Source: Nitrospirota bacterium (GTDB lineage: Bacteria > Nitrospirota > Leptospirillia > Leptospirillales > Leptospirillaceae). From it: a DNA stretch of 64,000 bases. Below, in pieces: positions 26,372 through 35,344 of the stretch; the first letter of the stretch is position 1, and the number at the start of each line of letters is the position of its first letter. Both the position numbers and the translations under genes were made by a program. The DNA lies in the NCBI GenBank assembly GCA_021840555.1, contig JAKBXW010000002.1, positions 17,900-81,899 of the forward strand, in the 5' to 3' direction. Below the pieces are notes generated by a model. The model made no database searches, was not told where the DNA came from, and saw only the letters and a list, made by a program, of their open reading frames with translations.

Positions 26372-28738
26372 CTAGATCGAAGGGTTCATCTCCGAGGCCC
26401 ACACTGCGAAGGCCTGGCCAAGGGCCAGCCCCCCATCGTTTGCCGGAACCATCTCTGGCTCAAGGAGATCGAGCTCCTCCCCTACGAGCCGTTTGCGGAG
26501 CAATCCGGCCAGAAGCCGGTTCTGAAAGACCCCGCCCGACAGGAGGACGGTGGACAGGCCCGTCCGGGACTTTCCGTCGAGAACCCATTCCCCGAGCCCC
26601 GTCGCGAGCGCCTCGTGGAAAAGCCGGGCTCCCCGCACGCGGGAGCTTTCCCGGGCGAGACGTTCGAGAAGGGGACGAAAGTCGAGGATCCCCGACTTGA
26701 TCCGGTGGAACCTTTCGCGTCTTTCTGCCGGGTCCGCGCGGCCTTCCCGGGCCCAGCTCTCGAGCTCCATCGCTCCCTGCCCTTCGTACGAGAGTCTCTC
26801 CCGGCCTCCGAGCAAGGCGTAGACCGCGTCGAAGAGGCGGCCGGCACTCGATGTCAGGGGGAAGAGTCCGGACCGGCCTCTTTCGAGAAGCTCCAGGAGC
26901 TCGCGGGCGAGAGGGTTCCGGAATCGCCGGAGGGCCTCGTCCCCGCGGCCCAGGACGTGAAGCGCGGCCATTCCCATGCGCCAGGGCTCCCGAAAGGCCC
27001 GGGCCCCTCCCGGAACGGGAAGGGGGGCGAAATGGCCCAGACGCGTCCATCCGGATCCCTCCACCCGGAGAAGCTCCCCTCCCCAGAAGCTTCCGTCCGG
27101 CCCCAGCCCGAATCCGTCCAGGGCGAGGCCCAGAACGGGGCCGGAAAGCCCCCTGTCGGCCATCACCGAAGCGACATGGGCGTGGTGGTGCTGGACCGGC
27201 ACCACCGGGATCCCCCACGCCGCACCCATCTCGAAGGCCATCCGGCTCGACGGAAAGTCCGGATGGAGATCGCAGGCCAGATGGGTCGGACGCCCCCCGT
27301 CCCGCGCGACGAAGCGTTCGAGAGTCTCTCTGAAAAAATCCCGGTTCTCCGGGGTTTCGAGATCCCCCAGATGGGGAAGAACCAGGGCCACTCCCTTCCG
27401 GATCCGGCAGGGGGCGGTCTTCTGGTGTCCTCCCAGGGCCAGGACGACCGGCTCAGACGGCTGGCTCCGGCCCCGGAGGATGGAAATGGATGCGGGAACC
27501 CATCCCCTGGACCGGCGAAGCAGCTGGATCCCCCGCTGACCCGGAACAACCAGGCTGTCGTCCGCCCGTTCCCGGATCGGACGTCCGTGAAGGAGGATCC
27601 CGTCCACCCTGCCCCGAAAATATCCGAGGAACTCCCCCAGGCTCGCCGCGATCGGCCGTCCTTCCGGATTGGCGCTGGTCATGACGAGCGGAGGAAGGTC
27701 CTCTCCCTTCTCCCCGAAGAGCAGGTGATGGAGGGGAGTGGAGGGGAGAAAGAGTCCGATCCTGTCGAGCCCGGGAGCGAGACCGTCCCGGAGGACCGGC
27801 GACCCTTTCCGGAAGGGCAAAAGAACGATCGGATTTTCCGGCGACAGGAGAAGCCGGCGACCCTCCGGCGAGATCCGGGCCAGTTCCATTGCTGCATCGA
27901 GAGATCCCGCCATCACGGCCAGGGGTTTTTCCAGACGGCCCTTGAGCTCCCGGATCCGGGCAATCCCCTCCCGATTCCCGGCGTCGCAGGCCAGGTGAAA
28001 GCCCCCGAGCCCCTTGAGCGCCAGGACGCCTCCCGAGCGGAGTCGGAGCCCCGCCTCCTCAAGATACCCGGCCATCTTTTTTCCCCGGCCGTCGCCTTCC
28101 AGAAACCATGTCTTAGGACCGCACTCCGGACAGCCGATGGTCTGGGCGTGATAGCGCCGGTCGGCCGGATCGCCATACTCCCTCCGGCACGCCGGACACA
28201 GGGGAAAGCGCCGGAGGGTGGTGCGGCAACGGTCGAAGGGCGTCCCCAGGGCGATCGAAACCCGCGGTCCGCAGAGGGTGCAGGAAATCAGAGGGTAACG
28301 ATACCGCCGGTTCCCCGGGTCGAAAAGTTCCCGAAGACAGTCGGGACAGACGGACGTATCCGGCTTGAGAGAGGAAAGATCCCGCTCCCCTCCCCGACCC
28401 CCTTTCTGAGAGCTTTTGATGACGAAGCGCCTCTCGCCTCTTCGGAGCGGCACCTCCCGACGGTCAAGGCGATCGATCCGGGCACCGGGAGGAAGACCGG
28501 ATGAAAGCGCCTCCAGAAACGATCCAAGCCGGTCCCGGCCGCCCTGGATCTCAAGAACAACACCCCCCGGGGAATTCGCCACCGATCCCGTGAGGCCGAG
28601 CCTTCTGGCAAGCCGCACGACGAAGGGGCGAAACCCCACCCCCTGGACCCGTCCGGAGATCCCTATGGAGATTCGCCCGACCTCCACGGGAGATTCGAAG
28701 GAAGACGGCCTTTCCGGTTCCGAAGGGGGGAACTTCAC
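26372..28738 (-). CDS. hypF: carbamoyltransferase HypF (full length, with acylphosphatase domain)
   Basis: 'GRVQGVGFRPF', two Zn-finger pairs 'CPDCLRELFDPGNRRYRYPLISCTLCGPR' and 'CPACRREYGDPADRRYHAQTIGCPECGP', YrdC and Kae1-like domains. A GTG at 28738 has a GGGGAG RBS and avoids the 50-nt overlap with hypB produced by the ATG at 28801. Confidence 0.9.
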   Translation of the reverse strand: MKFPPSEPERPSSFESPVEVGRISIGISGRVQGVGFRPFVVRLARRLGLTGSVANSPGGVVLEIQGGRDRLGSFLEALSSGLPPGARIDRLDRREVPLRRGERRFVIKSSQKGGRGGERDLSSLKPDTSVCPDCLRELFDPGNRRYRYPLISCTLCGPRVSIALGTPFDRCRTTLRRFPLCPACRREYGDPADRRYHAQTIGCPECGPKTWFLEGDGRGKKMAGYLEEAGLRLRSGGVLALKGLGGFHLACDAGNREGIARIRELKGRLEKPLAVMAGSLDAAMELARISPEGRRLLLSPENPIVLLPFRKGSPVLRDGLAPGLDRIGLFLPSTPLHHLLFGEKGEDLPPLVMTSANPEGRPIAASLGEFLGYFRGRVDGILLHGRPIRERADDSLVVPGQRGIQLLRRSRGWVPASISILRGRSQPSEPVVLALGGHQKTAPCRIRKGVALVLPHLGDLETPENRDFFRETLERFVARDGGRPTHLACDLHPDFPSSRMAFEMGAAWGIPVVPVQHHHAHVASVMADRGLSGPVLGLALDGFGLGPDGSFWGGELLRVEGSGWTRLGHFAPLPVPGGARAFREPWRMGMAALHVLGRGDEALRRFRNPLARELLELLERGRSGLFPLTSSAGRLFDAVYALLGGRERLSYEGQGAMELESWAREGRADPAERRERFHRIKSGILDFRPLLERLARESSRVRGARLFHEALATGLGEWVLDGKSRTGLSTVLLSGGVFQNRLLAGLLRKRLVGEELDLLEPEMVPANDGGLALGQAFAVWASEMNPSI

Positions 28739-28751
28739 GGAATTCTCCCCG

Positions 28752-29564
28752 TCAGGCCGGGAAATCCGGGAGTGTCCCGACTTCTTCCCGCCGGGCGGCA
28801 AGCCAGGTCAGCCAGCCCTCCATGCCTTCCCCCGTCCGGGCGGAAAGCGCGCGAATCTCTCCCCGGGGGTTGACGGACCGGATCGCGTTTTGGGCCCGGG
28901 CGCAGTCGAAATCCAGGTGGGGAAGGAGGTCCGACTTGGTGAGGAGCGTCAGATCGGCCTCCCGGAAGATCCGGGGGTACTTGAGGGGCTTGTCCTCCCC
29001 CTCCGTCACCGAAAAAAGGACGACGCGGGCGCTCTCTCCGAGGTCGAAGAGGGCCGGACAGACCAGATTCCCGACATTCTCGATGACCAGGATCATTCCG
29101 GGGAGGAGATCGAGCTCACCTGCGGCGTGGGCCACCTGGTGGGCGTCGAGATGGCAGCCGGCTCCCGTGTTGATCTGAACCGCAGGAACCCCCATCCGGC
29201 GAATCCGGTCCGCGTCCCGGCTCGTTTCCTGGTCTCCCTCGATGACGGCCAGGGGGACCGAGTCCCCCAGAATTCCGATGGTCCGTTCGAGAAGGGTGGT
29301 TTTTCCCGATCCCGGACTCGAGAGAAGATTCAGGACAAGGATGCCGTGCGCCCTGAAAAATTCCCGGTTTTCACGGGCAAGGCGGTTGTTCTTCGCCAGG
29401 ATGTCCTGTTCGACGGAAACTCTCCGGCGGGAGACGCCCCCCGCTTCTCCAGTGTGGCCGTGAAAGGCCGAATGACCCTCTTCATCGTGATGGTGATGGG
29501 GAAGGGCCACTCCCGCCCGCTTTCCGTCCCCCGGAGACCCGCACCCGCATTCCACGCACATCAC
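28752..29564 (-). CDS. hypB: hydrogenase nickel-incorporation GTPase HypB
   Basis: N-terminal 'MMCVECGCG', His-rich 'PHHHHDEEGH', P-loop 'SSPGSGKTTLL', 'ENVGNLVCP'. Confidence 0.9.
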   Translation of the reverse strand: MMCVECGCGSPGDGKRAGVALPHHHHDEEGHSAFHGHTGEAGGVSRRRVSVEQDILAKNNRLARENREFFRAHGILVLNLLSSPGSGKTTLLERTIGILGDSVPLAVIEGDQETSRDADRIRRMGVPAVQINTGAGCHLDAHQVAHAAGELDLLPGMILVIENVGNLVCPALFDLGESARVVLFSVTEGEDKPLKYPRIFREADLTLLTKSDLLPHLDFDCARAQNAIRSVNPRGEIRALSARTGEGMEGWLTWLAARREEVGTLPDFPA

Positions 29565-29941
29565 TCCCCTCCTTTGTCCTCATGTCTCCCGGCCCGATCG
29601 TCCCTTACGACCAGCTCGCAAAGACGGAATTCCGTCCCCCCCGTTGGAAGAATACCGGAGCCCCCGCACGCGGGACAAGCCCGCAAGGGCTCGCTTATGG
29701 GAACCGTCTCTTCGCAATGGAGGCACCATCCGGTTCCCGGAATCTCCCGGATCTCGAGTTCGGCCAATTCCGCGAGGGTTCCCCGGACCGCCGACCCGAA
29801 ACTGAACCGGAGGGCTGAAACGGAAATTCCCGAAAGCGCCCCCACCTCCAGGACGATCCGGTCGATTCGTTCGAATCCTCCCCGGGAGGCCTCCGCCTCG
29901 CAAAGTTCCAGGAGGCTCATCACCAGGGAGAGTTCATGCAT
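29561..29941 (-). CDS. hypA: hydrogenase nickel-insertion protein HypA
   Basis: 'MHELSL' N-terminus (Ni site) and zinc motif 'CLHCEE...CPACGG'. Confidence 0.9.
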   Translation of the reverse strand: MHELSLVMSLLELCEAEASRGGFERIDRIVLEVGALSGISVSALRFSFGSAVRGTLAELAELEIREIPGTGWCLHCEETVPISEPLRACPACGGSGILPTGGTEFRLCELVVRDDRAGRHEDKGGE

Positions 29942-31124
29942 CCCGGCCATCCCCCGCGACCCCCGGACAAGCCTCCCGAATGACGACCGGGGCGCAGGGG
30001 TCGAAGACCCAGAGAGACTCCCCGACGATCTTCCGACGGAGGGACCCGGAGCCCCCCCGCCGGGACAGGGAGGAGCACCAGGAGGCAAAGGGACTGCCTT
30101 TGGGGGCGAAGGTCCATTCCGTGGGGGCCAGGATCCGGACCTCCGCCACCCGCCCATCCCTTACCGACCACCGGTGAACCAGGAGTCCCCGGGAGGTCTG
30201 TCCCCAGGACATTCCCTCCCCGTCTCCCAGGGAAAGGGAACGGATTCCCGCAAGACGGTCCCCCTCGGCCGCGGAGCCGTTCTCCCCCCCGGCCCAGAGG
30301 GCAAGCTCGACCAGCCGGGCCGCAAGACGGGCGGAAAGAGGCCGGGCCGCCCGCCAGAGACCGGAAACCAGGGGATGGTGTCTTTGGCGATCCAGGGAAC
30401 CGGTCTCCCGCCCTTTCCCCTCCAGATGGGGTCCCGACAAAAAATCCCGGTTGTCCAGCGCGCGGGCAAGACGCACCACACTTTCCGTGTTTCCAAGGGA
30501 GAGGCCCGGGAGCATCGAAACGTCCACCTCCCCCTCGGGACCGAGCAGAGCCGCCCGCCGGGCGACCGGAGAGTTCGTACGACGTGTCTTGAGCCAGGAA
30601 TCAAAGTCCCGGGCCGTTTCCCGGGTCAGAAACAGAGGGACCCCCTCTCCCAGCACGACGTCTTCGAGCAGGGTCCGGAACTTCCGGAAAAAATCCGGCT
30701 CCTGAGCCTCACTCCCCTTCCCGAGATCCCGAAGGCTCCTCCACACCGCCTGATCGGAAGACGGGAGAATCGCCTCTCCCGTCACCGGCAACAGAAGAGC
30801 CCGGAGACTTTCGAAAAGACTTTCGCGAAGGACATCTTCGTCGACCGGGGCGGGCTCTCCGGTCCCCCTCCTCCGGGCCGCAGCCAGGGCACGGACGGCC
30901 ATCTTTTCCTGAGCCCTTCCGCAAAGATGGAACAGACTCCGCAGACGATCCAGAGCCTCCTCTTCTCCCACCCCTTCGAGAAGCCGCTGATGGGACAAAT
31001 CCCTGGGAAAAAGGGAAAGCTTGACCGGACGCCCCCCCCTCTCCGCCTCCAGAACGACGCGGAGGCTTCCCTTCGGTTCTGGTTCTGGTTCCGGTTCCGT
31101 CACGACAGGTCCCGGGCGACCCAT
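29934..31124 (-). CDS. HupK/HoxV-type hydrogenase maturation scaffold (large-subunit-like)
   Basis: Large-subunit-like protein keeping only one Cys of each ligand pair: 'FHLCGRAQ' (versus 'RICGVC') and 'FDPCAPVVI' (versus 'DPCLAC'). Sits between a hupH-like gene and hypA. Confidence 0.65.
   Translation of the reverse strand: MGRPGPVVTEPEPEPEPKGSLRVVLEAERGGRPVKLSLFPRDLSHQRLLEGVGEEEALDRLRSLFHLCGRAQEKMAVRALAAARRRGTGEPAPVDEDVLRESLFESLRALLLPVTGEAILPSSDQAVWRSLRDLGKGSEAQEPDFFRKFRTLLEDVVLGEGVPLFLTRETARDFDSWLKTRRTNSPVARRAALLGPEGEVDVSMLPGLSLGNTESVVRLARALDNRDFLSGPHLEGKGRETGSLDRQRHHPLVSGLWRAARPLSARLAARLVELALWAGGENGSAAEGDRLAGIRSLSLGDGEGMSWGQTSRGLLVHRWSVRDGRVAEVRILAPTEWTFAPKGSPFASWCSSLSRRGGSGSLRRKIVGESLWVFDPCAPVVIREACPGVAGDGRDA
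31075..31098 (-). repeat. hexanucleotide tandem repeat (GGTTCY)x4 encoding (EP)4
   Basis: ggttct ggttct ggttcc ggttcc on the plus strand gives 'TEPEPEPEPK' at the N-terminus of the HupK-like protein, just past its overlap with the upstream gene. Confidence 0.9.
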
Positions 31125-31915
31125 TCCAGAAAGTTCCGGTAGTCCGCGAGGGATTGGGAGAGATCCTCCGGGGCGGCGGCGACCTCGTCGGGAATCGCCG
31201 CGACCGAAAGGGCGTCGAGAAGGGGAACGCCCTCTGGATTTTTATAGAGAACCCGCCACAGCCCTGGAAAACCGGTCGACAGCACCTGGCAATCCCCATA
31301 TCCCTTCGAGGAGAGGGCGATCCGCCCCCCCGCGCAGACCCGGTCGATCCACCGGGAATCCTCTTCCGAAAGCGGAAGCTTGTTGAGGAAGATCCGGTGG
31401 TTCTTTCTGTCAGGAGAATGGTCCGCAAGGTGGTGGGCCGCCTCCTGCAGGAGAGGAAGGGCATTCATGAGCCCCGGCCGGAGCCGGTCCGCCTCCGGAT
31501 CATCGGGGGCGAGTCCTCCCGACTCGAGAAGCGGGGAGGAGGACGGGGTCTGGACCAGAATTCCGGGAGCCCGGCCGACCTCGATATGGGTCAGACGCAC
31601 TCCACCATCCCTCTCCGGTCGAACCCCCATCAACCAGATCCCCGGGTGGATCGACTCCCGGAGATAAAGAGTCTCCCCTTCTTCGCCGGCCCAGGGCCTG
31701 ACTGTTCCCGAAATCTCGCCTTCCCCCAGAAGTGTGACGAGGCTCAGTCGTTCCTCCGGGGTCAACGTCCCCAGATCGGGGCGCTGGGAGCCACCGCGGT
31801 CCTCCCCCGCCCGCTCAAGGGCCGCTCCCACCCGTTCGAGGACCGCGAACAGATCCCGGGTGACCGGCTCCCGCCCGATTCCTTCCGGCCCTTCCGGAAA
31901 AACCCGGCCTTTCAT
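31100..31915 (-). CDS. HupH/HoxQ/HyaF-family hydrogenase expression/formation protein
   Basis: C-terminal 'SKGYGDCQVLSTGFPGLWRVLYKN....LLDALSVAAIPDEVAAAPEDL' matches the HupH_C pattern. Confidence 0.75.
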   Translation of the reverse strand: MKGRVFPEGPEGIGREPVTRDLFAVLERVGAALERAGEDRGGSQRPDLGTLTPEERLSLVTLLGEGEISGTVRPWAGEEGETLYLRESIHPGIWLMGVRPERDGGVRLTHIEVGRAPGILVQTPSSSPLLESGGLAPDDPEADRLRPGLMNALPLLQEAAHHLADHSPDRKNHRIFLNKLPLSEEDSRWIDRVCAGGRIALSSKGYGDCQVLSTGFPGLWRVLYKNPEGVPLLDALSVAAIPDEVAAAPEDLSQSLADYRNFLEWVARDLS

Positions 31916-32208
31916 TCCCTCTCCCCCCTCCCGGAGGCAGAGGGAAGTCCCGGGAAAAATCTTGCGAACTCCGTCTCCCCCGAAAGCGCTGCATCAAGGG
32001 CATCGAGGGCCAAATCGATCTGCCGGGCCTCTTCCTCCTCCAGAACCCGACGGGCGTGGCCGGAAAAAACAAGAACCCACGTCCCTTCCTTCTGGGGACC
32101 GACGAGGGCGAGATTGACGAGCCTCCGCTCCCCCCGGCCCTCGCAGGTCGCCTGAAGGGAAAATTCGCTGGGAGGAGAGGTCACCCTCATGGGGAGTCCG
32201 AGACACAC
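31912..32208 (-). CDS. HupF/HoxL (HypC-family) large-subunit chaperone
   Basis: GTG start gives N-terminus '(M)CLGLPMRV', the HypC-family hallmark. AAAGGAA RBS; 98 aa. Confidence 0.75.
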   Translation of the reverse strand: MCLGLPMRVTSPPSEFSLQATCEGRGERRLVNLALVGPQKEGTWVLVFSGHARRVLEEEEARQIDLALDALDAALSGETEFARFFPGLPSASGRGERE

Positions 32209-32222
32209 GGCCCGATTCCTTT

Positions 32223-32783
32223 CTAGGCGGAAGACTGAAGAATCCCTGGAAACAGGAGCTCTCCGGGCGTCTCGTCCCGGCGGAGCCGGGGTTCGGCGCC
32301 CCACTCCCGGAGCACCGATTCCGCCGCCTCGAGCGCCGGCGGAATCCGCTCCCTAACCAGGGCCGTCAGACCGCCGCCGAAGGTATCCCAATCCATCGGC
32401 TGAAGGCCGACAAGAGCCATCTCGGCAGGACGGCTCCCCAAAAGATCGCAGAGAACCAGGACCTCCTGGAAGCCCGTCTGGTGGAGACTCATCTTTCCGG
32501 AGTGAAGATAGGCCGGGACCTCCTCGTTTCTCCGGAGAACCATCGTCCCGGGAGGCTGGCCGAAATCGACCGCGTCGAAGATCAGAAGATGGCTTGCCTC
32601 CTGGACATGGGGCATCAGCAAAAGTCCCTGGGTGCCTCCATCCATCAGGAGGACGGAGTCGGGGAAGAGATAGGCCCTTGAAAACGCTTCGACCGCGCGG
32701 ACTCCGAACCCTTCGTCGGCCCAGAGGAGATTGCCGATTCCCAGAACGAGGATCCGTCTTCCGGACGGGGCCGTCTCCGCCAT
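32223..32783 (-). CDS. hyaD: hydrogenase maturation endopeptidase (HyaD/HupD/HoxM)
   Basis: 'ILVLGIGNLLWADEGFGVR', 'LLIFDAVD', 'HQTGFQEVL'. Confidence 0.9.
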   Translation of the reverse strand: MAETAPSGRRILVLGIGNLLWADEGFGVRAVEAFSRAYLFPDSVLLMDGGTQGLLLMPHVQEASHLLIFDAVDFGQPPGTMVLRRNEEVPAYLHSGKMSLHQTGFQEVLVLCDLLGSRPAEMALVGLQPMDWDTFGGGLTALVRERIPPALEAAESVLREWGAEPRLRRDETPGELLFPGILQSSA

Positions 32784-32793
32784 TCTCCCTCCG

Positions 32794-33498
32794 TTACTTC
32801 CGGAAGATCCGGAAGCCGCTGATCATCGTACTCACCGAGGTCTGACGGCCCACGATGTCCTCCCGGACGGCCATGTAGATGTGGCCGACCACGAAGACGA
32901 GGATGAGCCACATTCCCAGATGGTGGAGGGTCCGGAGATCCTGGGGCTGCCCGACCAGCGGGGTGACCCATCCGAATAGACGGTCGGCCCAGGAGCCGTC
33001 TCCCAGACCTTCGGCGTAAAGGGCACCCCCCGTGAGAATCATGAAAAGGCTTCCCAGGACGAAGAAGGAGAACATCGCCAGCTGGGCCAGGGGGTTGTGT
33101 CCGTAGTATTTCCGGGGGCGTTTTTCGAGAAAGAGATTCCATCGGAGCTCGTAGGCGAGCGAGCGCCACCAGGATCCGTCCCCCAGGGGCAGATGAAAGA
33201 GCTCCCGGGAATAGGCGTTTCCCAAAAGGGCCCAGAGGAGGCGGACCAGAAAGCCTCCCCCGAAAAGCCAGGCGGCCACGAAATGGACAAATCGGACATC
33301 TCCCATCAGGAAGTGGTGGCTGGCCTCCCCCATGAGGCTCGGAAAGGGATGGGCGATCAGAAGGCCGGTCGCGGCCAGTGCGATGATCGAGCCGGCGTTG
33401 ATCCAGTGCCAGAGGCGCACGGGGGCCTCATAGATGTAGTAAACGCCGCGATCCTCCTCCGGCGCAACCAGAATCCCACCCTCTTCAAGTCTTTCCAT
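32794..33498 (-). CDS. hyaC: Ni/Fe-hydrogenase b-type cytochrome subunit (HyaC/HupC/HoxZ)
   Basis: 'YIYEAPVRLWHWINA', four TM segments with conserved His ('HHLGMWLILVFVVGHIYMA'). Confidence 0.85.
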   Translation of the reverse strand: MERLEEGGILVAPEEDRGVYYIYEAPVRLWHWINAGSIIALAATGLLIAHPFPSLMGEASHHFLMGDVRFVHFVAAWLFGGGFLVRLLWALLGNAYSRELFHLPLGDGSWWRSLAYELRWNLFLEKRPRKYYGHNPLAQLAMFSFFVLGSLFMILTGGALYAEGLGDGSWADRLFGWVTPLVGQPQDLRTLHHLGMWLILVFVVGHIYMAVREDIVGRQTSVSTMISGFRIFRK

Positions 33499-33516
33499 TC
33501 GGACCTCCCGTCTGTC

Positions 33517-35310
33517 CTAGCAGACCTTGACGCTGTGAAGGGGTTCTCCGGCCGGACCCAGGACATGGGTCGAACAGGCCAGGCAGGGATCGAAGCTGTG
33601 CAGGGTCCTCAGGATCTCCAGCGGCTGCTTCGGATTCGAGAGCGGGGTATTCAGGAGGGCCGCCTCGTAGGCCCCGATCTGGCCCTTCGGATCGCGGGGA
33701 GAGGCGTTCCAGGTCGTCGGGACCACCGCCTGGTAGTTCTCGATCTTTTCGTCCCGGATCCGGAGCCAGTGGGCGAGGGCTCCTCTCGGCGCCTCCCCGA
33801 AGCCCACCCCCTTGCACTCCCGGGGCCAGGTCGGCGGCTCCCATTTTTCCGTGTTGGCGGTCGCGGTGTCCCCGCCCCGGATGTTGGCCATGAGCCGGTC
33901 GTGGAAATATCGCATCTTGTGGGCGGCCCAGGAGGCCTCGAGACCCCGGGCCGCCGTCCTCCCCAGGGTCGAGAAGAGCGCCGAAACCGGAAGGCCGAGC
34001 GTCCCGAGCAGATTGTCGACCGGCTCCCTGAATTCGGGCTTCTTCAGGGCGTAGCCGACGATCCAGCGGGCCAGGGGGCCGACCTCCATGGCGTGGCCGT
34101 TCCAGCGGGGGGCCTTGATGAAGGAATACTTTCCCTCCTCGTCGAGCTCGCGGATGTCGGTGGGGGTTCCTTTCGCGTTCTTCCCCAGGACGTAGTGGGG
34201 GTCGGTGATTCCGTCCCAGGGGTGAAGTCCCTTGGTCTCGTCCGGATACCGGTACCAGGAATGGACCACATACTCCTTCACCTCTGCGGGATTCCGGAGG
34301 TCGACGGGGTGAACGGTGGAAAGGTCCCCGTCCACGATGGCCCCGCGGGGAAGGAGGAGGTTTGCGGGACTGTCGTTGTTGGCCCGATCGGGGAACTCTC
34401 CGTAAGCCAGGACATTCTTTCCCGACAGCCCCCCTCCGTAGAGCCAGTCCTTGTAGTAGGAAGCGATCGCGACGAGATCGGGGAGGTAAACCTGGTCGAT
34501 GAAGGCGATCGTCCGGTCGATGATCTGGGAGACGAAGTTCAGTCGCTCCATGTTAAGGGGCGCTCCGGCTGCGAGATCCCCGTCGATGTTGATCGCGCAG
34601 GGGACCCCCCCCACCAGCCAGTTGGGATGGGGATTCTTCCCACCGAAGATGGTCTGGATCTTGACGATGTCCTTCTGGAAGTCGAGCGCCTCGAGATAAT
34701 GCGTCACCGCCAGGAGGTTGACGGCCGCCGGAAGCCGGTAGGAGGCGTTCCCCCAGTAGCCGTTGGCAAAGGGCCCCAGCTGCCCCGACTCGACAAACTT
34801 CCTGAGGCGGTTCTGGACATCCCGGAAGTATCCCGGAGAGGAATTCGGCCAGCGCGAAATCTTCTGGGCGATGGCGGAGGTCTCTCGGGGGTCGGCCTTG
34901 AGGGCGTCCGGAACATCCACCCAGTCCATGGCGTGGAGATGGTAGAAGTGGACCAGATGATCCTGGGCGAAAAGGGTGGCGTGCATCAGGTTCCGGATGA
35001 TGTTCGCGTTTTCCGGGATCCGGATCCCCAGGGCGTCCTCCACCGTCCGGACGGAGACCAGGGCATGAACGCCGGTGCAGACGCCGCAGATGCGCTGTGT
35101 GAAGGCCCAGGCATCCCGGGGATCACGCCCCTTCAGGATCGTCTCGATCCCCCGCCACATCGTTCCCGAACTGACAGCATTCCGGATCACATTGTCGTGG
35201 TCGATGTTGACCTCGCACCGCAGATGGCCCTCGATCCGGGTGACGGGGTCGACCACCACCCGGCGTCCCGAGTTGTCAAGCCGGAATCCCTGCGTTTCGT
35301 AGACACTCAT
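33517..35310 (-). CDS. hoxG: [NiFe] uptake hydrogenase large subunit (group 1, membrane-bound)
   Basis: '[11 protein letters not shown]', '[10 protein letters not shown]', C-terminal 'DPCLACSTH' followed by a 15-aa cleavable tail. AAGGAG RBS before 'MSVYETQ'. Confidence 0.95.
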   Translation of the reverse strand: MSVYETQGFRLDNSGRRVVVDPVTRIEGHLRCEVNIDHDNVIRNAVSSGTMWRGIETILKGRDPRDAWAFTQRICGVCTGVHALVSVRTVEDALGIRIPENANIIRNLMHATLFAQDHLVHFYHLHAMDWVDVPDALKADPRETSAIAQKISRWPNSSPGYFRDVQNRLRKFVESGQLGPFANGYWGNASYRLPAAVNLLAVTHYLEALDFQKDIVKIQTIFGGKNPHPNWLVGGVPCAINIDGDLAAGAPLNMERLNFVSQIIDRTIAFIDQVYLPDLVAIASYYKDWLYGGGLSGKNVLAYGEFPDRANNDSPANLLLPRGAIVDGDLSTVHPVDLRNPAEVKEYVVHSWYRYPDETKGLHPWDGITDPHYVLGKNAKGTPTDIRELDEEGKYSFIKAPRWNGHAMEVGPLARWIVGYALKKPEFREPVDNLLGTLGLPVSALFSTLGRTAARGLEASWAAHKMRYFHDRLMANIRGGDTATANTEKWEPPTWPRECKGVGFGEAPRGALAHWLRIRDEKIENYQAVVPTTWNASPRDPKGQIGAYEAALLNTPLSNPKQPLEILRTLHSFDPCLACSTHVLGPAGEPLHSVKVC

Positions 35311-35344
35311 GGGGCGCGCTCCTTCTTTCACTCGTGAATGGCTG

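Noticed and set aside
28416-31142. 908-aa ORF on the plus strand spanning the hypB-hypA-hupK region
   Set aside because: It is antisense to three well-supported genes and its translation is low complexity (Arg/Pro/Gly/Ser rich) with no motifs. This is the classic shadow ORF produced by GC3-rich codons on the opposite strand.
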